This document shows positions 17,465-24,111 of a stretch of 32,000 bases of DNA, in pieces. Source of the DNA: Psychrobacter cryohalolentis K5 (GTDB lineage Bacteria > Pseudomonadota > Gammaproteobacteria > Pseudomonadales > Moraxellaceae); contig NC_007969.1 of the NCBI RefSeq assembly GCF_000013905.1, positions 2,250,001 through 2,282,000 of the forward strand, written 5' to 3'. Position numbers and translations under genes: made by a program. The notes beneath the pieces are model-generated. The model ran no database searches. It was not told the DNA's origin and was given only the letters and a program-made list of their open reading frames with translations. Each line of letters starts with the position of its first letter. Position 1 is the stretch's first letter.

Positions 17465-18205
17465 TTAACTTTTATTTGCTGCAATCCAGCTTTGCATCTG
17501 CTCAATTTCAGGCTGCTGGGCGTCGATGATCTCTTGCGCCAGCTTACGCATCTCAGGATTTTTACCATATTTAAGCTGCGTTTCTGCCATATCGACTGCC
17601 CCAGTATGATGAAGTAACATGCCACGAGCAAATGCCATATCTGGTACTGGGTCAGCAATACCTTTCATCATGTCACCATGCATCGCATCCATACCCTTAG
17701 CATAAGCTTGCTGCATGGCTTTGGTATCCGCTGTTGGCATTTTGCTATCAGGATTGTTGGCAAGCCATGTTTTCATCTGCTCAATCTCAGACTGCTGGGC
17801 GTCGATGATTTCTTGTGCAAGCTTACGCATCTCTGTATCGGTGCCATATTTTAGCTCAATCTCTGCCATATCTACCGCGCCAATATGATGAGCAAGCATG
17901 CCCTGAGCAAATGCTGCATCTGGATCGTTATAATCCATACCAATCATATCTTCATTCATTTTGGTCATTGAGTCAGTGTATTCTTTGAGCATAGCCGTCA
18001 TTGGTGTGCCGTCAGCGACCATAGCGCCTGCACTCATATCATGAACTGCATGCGGGTCCGCTGCAGCAGTATTTTCTTGTACAGCCTTTTGCGATGCAGC
18101 ATCTTCTGTGGCAGTCACGTCAACCTTCTCATTGGCTGGTTGACAGGCACTTACTGCCAATAAGGCACTGGTAGCGAGAGCAAAGGTGCTTAATTTATTA
18201 TTCAT
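17465..18205 (-). CDS. Periplasmic lipoprotein with two tandem DUF305 (CopM-like, His/Met-rich four-helix) modules
   Basis: The lipobox is ...LLAVSAC. The segment FAxGML.HH.GAVDMAE..LKYG...EMRKLAQEIIDAQQ.EIEQM..W occurs twice. The protein is rich in Met, His and Asp. Confidence 0.8.
   Translation of the reverse strand: MNNKLSTFALATSALLAVSACQPANEKVDVTATEDAASQKAVQENTAAADPHAVHDMSAGAMVADGTPMTAMLKEYTDSMTKMNEDMIGMDYNDPDAAFAQGMLAHHIGAVDMAEIELKYGTDTEMRKLAQEIIDAQQSEIEQMKTWLANNPDSKMPTADTKAMQQAYAKGMDAMHGDMMKGIADPVPDMAFARGMLLHHTGAVDMAETQLKYGKNPEMRKLAQEIIDAQQPEIEQMQSWIAANKS
17484..17923 (-). repeat. Intragenic tandem duplication of the DUF305 module (two units of about 160 bp, offset 279 bp)
   Basis: 17484-17644 and 17763-17923 align without gaps. 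For example, catctgctcaat starts at 17495 and at 17774, and gctgggcgtcgatgat and cttacgcatctc are shared. The 279-nt offset equals 93 codons. Identity is roughly 80% by eye. Confidence 0.8.
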
Positions 18206-18264
18206 GGTACCGCCTTGGCTAATAACGATTTAATTTAGGTATTACAAAGCAAAAAAGCGCTAGC

Positions 18265-18909
18265 TTATAGCTGTTGCTCGGTTGAGACAATATCAGCATA
18301 GACCTCAGTAGTACCATCTTTATTAAGCTGCATAATCTGATAAGGGGCAAATTTATTTTGATACTCCATACCTGGACTACCAACTGGCATACCAGGTACC
18401 GCAAGACCTAGGGCTTGTACTGGTGGGTTTTCTAAAAACTGCGCCACATATTTGGCTGGTACATGACCTTCAAAGACGTAACCGTCGGTTGTGACAGCAG
18501 TATGGCAAGAGCGCATCTCAGTTGGTACGCCGTAGCGCTCTTTAAATACTGCCAAATCCGTAACATCGTGCGCAGTGGCGCTCAGACCATTGTCTTCTGC
18601 ATGACTAATCCAGTCTTTACAGCAGCCGCAATTGGCATCTTTGTAGACCGTTGCTGAGACGTTTTTTAATAAATCTGGATTGCTGGCTGGCGTTGTTATT
18701 GCCGATTCCGTTTGAGCGTTTGATTCAGCAACATTTGCGGTGACTGCTGCGCCATCGTCATTTTGTAAGGAGCTTGCATTGGACGCGCTACTGTCAGGTT
18801 GGCTACAGGCAAATAAGGCGGATGCAGCAACTAACCACACTGTACTTTGCAAGAGTTTATAAGAATGACGTTTGAAGGTAGGGCTAGAATCGGATGTAAA
18901 GGCGTTCAT
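18265..18909 (-). CDS. DUF411 / CopG-like periplasmic metal-binding lipoprotein (CxCC motif)
   Basis: The lipobox is ...ASALFAC, followed by a low-complexity linker. The C-terminal domain has VYKDANCGCCKDWISH (the CxCC motif of the copper-resistance CopG family), ...CHTAV..GYVFEGHVPA and GMPVGSPGME. Confidence 0.8.
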   Translation of the reverse strand: MNAFTSDSSPTFKRHSYKLLQSTVWLVAASALFACSQPDSSASNASSLQNDDGAAVTANVAESNAQTESAITTPASNPDLLKNVSATVYKDANCGCCKDWISHAEDNGLSATAHDVTDLAVFKERYGVPTEMRSCHTAVTTDGYVFEGHVPAKYVAQFLENPPVQALGLAVPGMPVGSPGMEYQNKFAPYQIMQLNKDGTTEVYADIVSTEQQL

Positions 18910-18933
18910 AATGCAATCTCATGTATTTTTTGC

Positions 18934-18964
18934 ATTATACCAAATAACCCTTAGGCTCAATCAA
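18934..18964 (-). promoter_or_regulatory. Candidate promoter of the DUF411-DUF305 operon
   Basis: The minus strand reads cTTGATTgagcctaagggttatttgGTATAATgca. The -10 is TATAAT with an upstream TG (extended -10), and the -35 TTGATT sits 19 nt upstream. It lies about 25 nt before the ATG at 18909. Confidence 0.35.
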
Positions 18965-19037
18965 GACAGTCAGGCGTTTAACATAGTGACTTTAACAAAA
19001 CATGACATTCAGATAACAATGCTGGCAGGTTGGCATA

Positions 19038-19988
19038 TCATTCACTTACTGACCCTTTCTCTGCTCTCATCATCTTTACGCCACCATAAGTGACCAATAT
19101 TACCCCCAGCACGATTAATGAAGCGCCTAGGATTAGCCCTTCTGGTGGGCTTTCATTTTGTAAAAAAATAGCAATTGGTACACCGACTACCGCCCCTACT
19201 GCCCCTAATAAGCTCAGCAGCACAGGACCGCCCGTTTTTTGCAGTAAAAACAACAGTAAAAACTGCGCAGCAAATACAAATGCTTGTAGCACAATTACAC
19301 CAAGCGGTAAAAGCCCTGTCATCGGAACCGCTAAAGAGTAATGAGGAACAATACTGACCAGAGCTAGCAATCCTGATGCAGCAATCAGCATACCAGGCGC
19401 AAGCGCACTAGCAGAGAGATTGGCTGGCCAATATAGCGTCCGATAAATATTACCAATGGCGAGCAGAACAGGACCACAAAGCGTCAAGACGATCCAAAAT
19501 ACACTGGCATCTGGCGCAGAAAACTTACGTGCTGCCAATATGCCCGCGCCCGCAAGTGCCGCGATCACGCCAAGTGCACGAAGCTTAGTAAATGGCTCTA
19601 TACGCAACACGATTGCAGCAAGGTAAGTAAGCAGCGGCGGCAAGGAGATAATCAAGGCGACAAAACTTGCGCCAACATGGGGAATTGCTGAGAAAAATAT
19701 TAAATTGGAACCTGCAACACTGACCAATGCTGCAACAAAATAATAGCTGAGGATAGGTTTGTTTAAAGGCGGTAGCTCACGACGCCACAGTGCATAAATA
19801 AACAAAATAACTGCGGCACCTGTAATAGACCAAAACAGAAATGCCAGTGGCGTCAGACCAATCTCGCCTGCATATTTTGCCAAATTGGTAGAAATACCGA
19901 TTAAAGCGCCGCCAGCGAGCAGACAAAGCAGAGGAAGGAGCCAGGTTTGCTTATGGCCTAAAGTCCCTTGTTGCGCTGACGACACCAT
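19038..19988 (-). CDS. DMT-superfamily (EamA-like) permease
   Basis: 316 aa with about 10 hydrophobic segments in two similar halves and a Gly/Ala/Leu-rich composition, as expected for the EamA duplication architecture. Confidence 0.8.
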   Translation of the reverse strand: MVSSAQQGTLGHKQTWLLPLLCLLAGGALIGISTNLAKYAGEIGLTPLAFLFWSITGAAVILFIYALWRRELPPLNKPILSYYFVAALVSVAGSNLIFFSAIPHVGASFVALIISLPPLLTYLAAIVLRIEPFTKLRALGVIAALAGAGILAARKFSAPDASVFWIVLTLCGPVLLAIGNIYRTLYWPANLSASALAPGMLIAASGLLALVSIVPHYSLAVPMTGLLPLGVIVLQAFVFAAQFLLLFLLQKTGGPVLLSLLGAVGAVVGVPIAIFLQNESPPEGLILGASLIVLGVILVTYGGVKMMRAEKGSVSE

Positions 19989-20031
19989 AGCCTATCCTAT
20001 TCATCCACCTTATTATGCCAACCACGATAGA

Positions 20032-20520
20032 TCAGCATTCGCGCCATTGCAACCACAAACGCGTATCCAGCTCCAACTGATGATAATCAGGCTCCATATG
20101 ACAGCACAGCTGATAGAACGCTTTGTTATGCTCCTGCTCCTTAAAGTGCGCCAACTCATGAACAACAATCATCCGCAAAAACTCAGGCGGCGCCTCTTTG
20201 AATAAGCTTGCGACCGTAATGCTATTGTGCGCTTTAAGCTTACTGCCTTGCACGCGAGACTGGTAAGTATGAATACCCAGCGCATGTTTGAGTACGGTGA
20301 GCTTACTGTTATAAGTCACTTGAGACAATGGATTGCTTTTGCGCATATACTGATTTTTTATGTCATTAATATAGTGATATAACGCTTTGTCGTTTTGGAT
20401 TTGGTGTCTCTCGGGATAGTTTTTATCCAAATAATCGCCCAACTTGCCACTACTAATCAACATGGCAGCTTGATTTTGGATATCCTCAGAATAATGAGCA
20501 ATATATTTTAAGGTGGTCAC
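20032..20520 (-). CDS. YgjP-like / M48-family zinc metallopeptidase (DUF45)
   Basis: 162 aa with the HExxH motif in ...RMIVVHELAHFKEQEHNKAFY..., typical of short YgjP/DUF45 proteins. Confidence 0.75.
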   Translation of the reverse strand: MTTLKYIAHYSEDIQNQAAMLISSGKLGDYLDKNYPERHQIQNDKALYHYINDIKNQYMRKSNPLSQVTYNSKLTVLKHALGIHTYQSRVQGSKLKAHNSITVASLFKEAPPEFLRMIVVHELAHFKEQEHNKAFYQLCCHMEPDYHQLELDTRLWLQWREC

Positions 20521-20726
20521 TGCTTTTGTCCTTTATCTTGATGCGCGATATTTATCTATATCAATTATACGGTAAGGATATTTTTTTGCTTTAATAGTTT
20601 GCTCAAATAGATAATGGCTGTTCTATTATTGAGTCATCAATATGTTATTAAAGTAGATAAAATAATGGTGTTATGGTCGATATTTAGACAATTATGATTA
20701 GATTTATAATTAATCTCATAATAAGG

Positions 20727-20755
20727 TTGACAGCTCATGACTACTTGGCTAAAAT
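20727..20755 (+). promoter_or_regulatory. Sigma70-type promoter upstream of tRNA-Asn
   Basis: TTGACA (20727-20732), a 17-nt spacer and TAAAAT (20750-20755). It lies about 78 nt upstream of the mature tRNA 5' end. Confidence 0.5.
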
Positions 20756-20833
20756 GTGCCCCACATAACGCAAACAAGATAAGCAATTGGGCATATTAAA
20801 GCCTTTGTAAAACTTGATGTTATTACCAATTAT

Positions 20834-20909
20834 TCTCCAATAGCTCAGTTGGTAGAGCAACGGACTGTTAATCCGTGTGTCCCTGGTTCGAGCCCAGGTT
20901 GGAGAGCCA
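20834..20909 (+). tRNA. tRNA-Asn (anticodon GTT)
   Basis: The 76-nt cloverleaf has acceptor TCTCCAA/TTGGAGA, a D-arm AGCTCAGTTGGTAGAGC, an anticodon arm ACGGA-CTGTTAA-TCCGT, a T-arm CTGGTTCGAGCCCAG and an encoded CCA. It closely resembles E. coli tRNA-Asn. Confidence 0.95.
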
Positions 20910-20915
20910 TATACG

Positions 20916-20955
20916 AAAAGACCTTCATCACTTATTTGATGGAGGTCTTTTTTTG
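20916..20955 (+). terminator. Rho-independent terminator after tRNA-Asn
   Basis: aaaagaccttcatc (20916-20929) pairs with gatggaggtctttt (20938-20951) with one G-T wobble, followed by a T-run. Confidence 0.7.
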
Positions 20956-21103
20956 GCTTGTATTTATTAGTCCTTTATTAATATGGCTATTAATGCAGCT
21001 TCGGTGTTCTTTTGGGGACTTTTGTTGTATGGTAAGAGTACATATGACTAAGTCAGTTTTGCCTGAGTGCTTTATTCCTACTCACTAATAGTAATGGTTT
21101 ATT

Positions 21104-21433
21104 ATGATACCTGCACGTATAAAAAATAAGTTTTCTGATCATCCGCAAAAAATCATGCGCCCTATCAGTATTCGCCTCTCTGAAGAGATGATTGAGCTTT
21201 TAACGGCGACCGCATCAGAGCTTGGATTTAAGCGTATTCAAGGCTTGATTCGCCTATATATCCGTCAAGGTCTTGATCGTGACCATCAAGACTATACGCT
21301 TGCCCATGATGAAGTTTTTATTGAGACATTACGCAAAAAAGGCGTGAGCCAGCGTATTATTGATGAGGCGATTGTGGTGACTCACAATAACAATATCACC
21401 CATTCATTGTCTGATCTGCAAGAAAATAAATAG
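21104..21433 (+). CDS. Small ribbon-helix-helix (CopG/Arc/MetJ-like) protein, antitoxin-like architecture, no partner toxin gene
   Basis: RPISIRLSEEMIELLTATASELGFKRIQGLIRLYIRQGL has the beta-strand/helix/helix pattern of RHH DNA-binding domains. A C-terminal tail of about 50 aa follows. The family call rests on pattern only. Confidence 0.5.
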   Translation: MIPARIKNKFSDHPQKIMRPISIRLSEEMIELLTATASELGFKRIQGLIRLYIRQGLDRDHQDYTLAHDEVFIETLRKKGVSQRIIDEAIVVTHNNNITHSLSDLQENK

Positions 21434-21486
21434 CAGTAGCATTTGAGTATTTAACCGCTTGAGTAGCTAATATTCGAAGCCTTAAT

Positions 21487-21524
21487 AAAGACTAAGTTAA
21501 CCTAACGGTGCTTGGTCTTTTTTT
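21487..21524 (+). terminator. Rho-independent terminator after the RHH gene
   Basis: aaagactaag (21487-21496) pairs with cttggtcttt (21511-21520) with one wobble, followed by a T-run to 21524. Confidence 0.6.
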
Positions 21525-21636
21525 GCGATTGATAATACTGCACTCATCTTTATTTAGCGATAAATAAACATACACAACTGTGAGATACAATACATTAAGA
21601 TAACAACTATCACGGCTCATATGGAGGTATCAGATA

Positions 21637-22368
21637 ATGGGTTTATACAAACGTTTAAACAAAGTTGTGTTATTGACTGTGAGCTTGGGGCTGTTTCCTG
21701 CCCTGTACGGTTGCTCGCAGCCGCAAGTAGATCCTAGCCAGCAAACCATACCGACCAACTCTGATCAGTGGCAAAAAACACTGGGCGATACCTTTGAGCG
21801 TCTACCTGAAGCAGATAGAAAGCTGCTAAGTCGTTATATGCTACGTATGAAGCTTAGTAGCGCCTATGAATCAGGCGCGATGCCGCGTATTACTATTAAA
21901 CAAGCTTTGATCCAACAGCGCGAATATGAGCGCCTACATCCAAACAACCCAACGGGTAAGAAAAGTCCCATTGTAACCAGTCAAAAGCTCGAAACTGCCA
22001 ATCACCTCAATTATCCTGTTGCCCTATTACCAGTCAAAACCAGCGATAGTGACAGCTTAAACCAAGTCAAGCTACAGTTTATGCTGTCAAATCATGGCAA
22101 ATTAGCTATCGAAAGTTTTCAAGGTACTCTCACGATGAAAGAGAAACGTTTGACCAAGAATAAACGCTTCAACGTGCCATTAACCCAGTTTGAGCCGCCT
22201 ATCGCTCCAGAACAATCTGGCAAGATAATCATTGAGAGCAGTATCGAAGACATCAATGTTATGCGTGCTATTAAAAATAACACAGGAGTAAGCATTGAAA
22301 TCACTGAGGGTAAAATGATATTAGCGGATGGGCAGGAAATCGAATTTGACGAGTTACTAGCCAAATAA
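21637..22368 (+). CDS. Lipoprotein of unknown function
   Basis: GGAGG (21622-21626) precedes the ATG. The signal peptide with lipobox is ...LGLFPALYGC. I recognise no motif in the 243 aa. Confidence 0.6.
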   Translation: MGLYKRLNKVVLLTVSLGLFPALYGCSQPQVDPSQQTIPTNSDQWQKTLGDTFERLPEADRKLLSRYMLRMKLSSAYESGAMPRITIKQALIQQREYERLHPNNPTGKKSPIVTSQKLETANHLNYPVALLPVKTSDSDSLNQVKLQFMLSNHGKLAIESFQGTLTMKEKRLTKNKRFNVPLTQFEPPIAPEQSGKIIIESSIEDINVMRAIKNNTGVSIEITEGKMILADGQEIEFDELLAK

Positions 22369-22410
22369 GACGAAGGTTTTAAAATCTATAGCAATATAAA
22401 ACAGAAACAT

Positions 22411-22446
22411 AAAAAAATCCCCAATCATTGCTGATTGGGGATTTTC
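22411..22446. terminator. Hairpin terminator between the lipoprotein gene (+) and tRNA-Ser (-)
   Basis: atccccaatca (22417-22427) pairs with tgattggggat (22432-22442), with an A-run upstream and TTTT downstream. Confidence 0.7.
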
Positions 22447-22451
22447 GAATT

Positions 22452-22542
22452 TGGCGGAGACGGAGAGATTCGAACTCTCGAAGGGCTATTAACCCTTGTC
22501 GGTTTTCAAGACCGGTGCATTCAACCGCTCTGCCACGTCTCC
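22452..22542 (-). tRNA. tRNA-Ser (anticodon TGA), class II with long variable arm
   Basis: The reverse complement is GGAGACGTGGCAGAGCGGTTGAATGCACCGGTCTTGAAAACCGACAAGGGTTAATAGCCCTTCGAGAGTTCGAATCTCTCCGTCTCCGCCA, 91 nt. The anticodon loop is CTTGAAA. It resembles E. coli tRNA-Ser(UGA). Confidence 0.95.
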
Positions 22543-22553
22543 ATTTGTGCATC

Positions 22554-22581
22554 ATTATAGCGATCTGAAATGAGAATGCAA
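22554..22581 (-). promoter_or_regulatory. Candidate sigma70 promoter for tRNA-Ser
   Basis: The minus strand has TTGCAT (22576-22581), a 16-nt spacer and TATAAT (22554-22559), about 12 nt before the tRNA 5' end. An A/T-rich UP-like tract lies further upstream. Confidence 0.45.
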
Positions 22582-22634
22582 GCAGTTATGTCAAAAAAAT
22601 TAAATTATTTTTTAAACGGCTTGTAATCATAAAT

Positions 22635-23810
22635 CTAAAGCTTGTTTGAAGCAAGATGCAAGCACATATCAAGCATGCGATTGGCATAGCCCCATTCATT
22701 GTCGTACCAAGCAAAAACCTTGTATTGATTGCCGACTTGCATCAGTTGTTGCCCATCTATAATCAATGATTCAGTCTGGTGGATAAAGTCACTTGAGACC
22801 AGCGGCTCCTCCGTATAGTCCATGATCGTCGCTAAATGCGCCTGACTCGCTGATTTTAAAACGTCACGTATCGCTTCAATACTGACATTTGGCGTCTCAA
22901 ATACAAACGTCACATCAATCGCAGCAACATCAATCGTTGGCACACGAATAGAATGACCATTTATCTTACCCACCATATTTGGTAGCACGCGTTCCGTAGC
23001 AGCGATACTGCTTGAAGTCGTCGGAATAATGTTATAACCAGAGGCGCGCGCACGCCTTAGGTCACGGTGCGCTTGGTCAAGTACGGTTTGATCAGCCGTC
23101 ACTGCATGAATCTCAGTCATCATAGCTGACTCTACACCAAACGCCTTGTCAAGGGTATCGATGAGCGGTACGAGCGCCTGAGTGGTACAAGAGACGCTAG
23201 AGATAATAGGCAGATCACGCGTCAAAGCATCGCTATTGACGCCCATCACGATACAAGCATCGACATGGTCAAAGGGTGCGGCACCGATAATCACTTGTTT
23301 GGCACCCGCCTCTATGTGCAAGCTTGCCTGCTCATATGAGCGATAATGTCCGGTGCACTCAAGCACCACATCGACCTGCAACTCTTTCCATGGCAGTGTC
23401 TCTGGGTTTTCTCTTGATAATAAACGAATGCAGTAAGTAAGATTATTTTTGGTCAAGCACAGCTGAATATCGTTTTTTGCTGTCGCACAGGGCTTTTGCT
23501 TATGATCGGTGAAGCCATCTTGTACGATATCCGCTGTCACGCCAAGCTGGCTCAAACGCCCATGTGTGCTATCGAACCTCAGTAAATGTAATAAGGTTTC
23601 GGCAGGCGCTAAATCATTAATCGCGACCACATGAATAGCACGTCCTAGCACCTCAAAGCGCTCTAATAACGCACGCAATACATTGCGACCAATACGACCA
23701 AAACCATTGATAGCCACTCGCAAAGGCTGAGTCTGGTCACTGGTCGTATGAAACCCTGATGTAGCAGGATTAGACGTCAAACGGTAGGTAGCACTAGAAA
23801 AATCAGGCAT
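22635..23810 (-). CDS. Glyceraldehyde-3-phosphate dehydrogenase-family enzyme (Gap/Epd-like), divergent
   Basis: It has INGFGRIGRNVLRAL (NAD-binding), the catalytic SCTT motif, ...HAVTADQ... and WYDNEWGYANRMLD (C-terminal GAPDH signature). The longest ORF adds about 30 residues before the Rossmann strand. An in-frame TTG giving MRVAINGFGRIGR is an alternative start. Confidence 0.8.
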   Translation of the reverse strand: MPDFSSATYRLTSNPATSGFHTTSDQTQPLRVAINGFGRIGRNVLRALLERFEVLGRAIHVVAINDLAPAETLLHLLRFDSTHGRLSQLGVTADIVQDGFTDHKQKPCATAKNDIQLCLTKNNLTYCIRLLSRENPETLPWKELQVDVVLECTGHYRSYEQASLHIEAGAKQVIIGAAPFDHVDACIVMGVNSDALTRDLPIISSVSCTTQALVPLIDTLDKAFGVESAMMTEIHAVTADQTVLDQAHRDLRRARASGYNIIPTTSSSIAATERVLPNMVGKINGHSIRVPTIDVAAIDVTFVFETPNVSIEAIRDVLKSASQAHLATIMDYTEEPLVSSDFIHQTESLIIDGQQLMQVGNQYKVFAWYDNEWGYANRMLDMCLHLASNKL

Positions 23811-23891
23811 AACAAGTTATCGCTGTAATAGAAATAAAAAATGAAGGCTAAAATTGAATGCCATCGGCTGATCAAAAAAGCGCCACGCAAA

Positions 23892-24056
23892 ATATAGTCG
23901 TTCGCGAATAAAAGAAATACAAATGTTATAAGGTACTACTGGGGTTAATTTTTCTTGCTTGCTGTGCCTACGCAGACAGAGGCTGCGAATAATTAACCCC
24001 AGTAGCTCTGCACCCTTTTATAAGTGAATTAACTATATAGGCAGTCGCGAATAAAA
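23892..24056. repeat. Composite intergenic repeat: 22-bp direct repeats flanking a 14-bp perfect inverted repeat
   Basis: The direct repeat ATATAG-N4-TCGCGAATAAAA occurs at 23892-23913 and 24035-24056 (18/22 identical). The inverted repeat is TACTGGGGTTAATT (23937-23950) and AATTAACCCCAGTA (23991-24004), with a 40-nt loop. A third GCGAATAA lies at 23985-23992. Confidence 0.6.
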
Positions 24057-24111
24057 CAGTTGCAGATAAAAGAGTCATCTTTTAAAAAATTCACTTATGA
24101 CTTCAGAATGA

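Noticed and set aside
18934-18964. 19-bp spacer between TTGATT and TATAAT upstream of the DUF411 gene, considered as a MerR/CueR-type metal-responsive promoter
   Set aside because: The -10 has an upstream TG (extended -10), which can explain activity without a -35. I see no clear dyad in the spacer and no MerR-family gene nearby. It is kept only as a low-confidence promoter.
20849-21088. 79-aa ORF starting inside tRNA-Asn
   Set aside because: Its first ~20 codons are the tRNA body itself, and the rest runs through the tRNA terminator. It is spurious.
20834-22542. Classic integrase-borne genomic island at tRNA-Asn
   Set aside because: There is no integrase, no detectable duplicated tRNA 3'-end att repeat, and only 1.5 kb of cargo. 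It is kept only as a possible remnant or hot-spot insertion.
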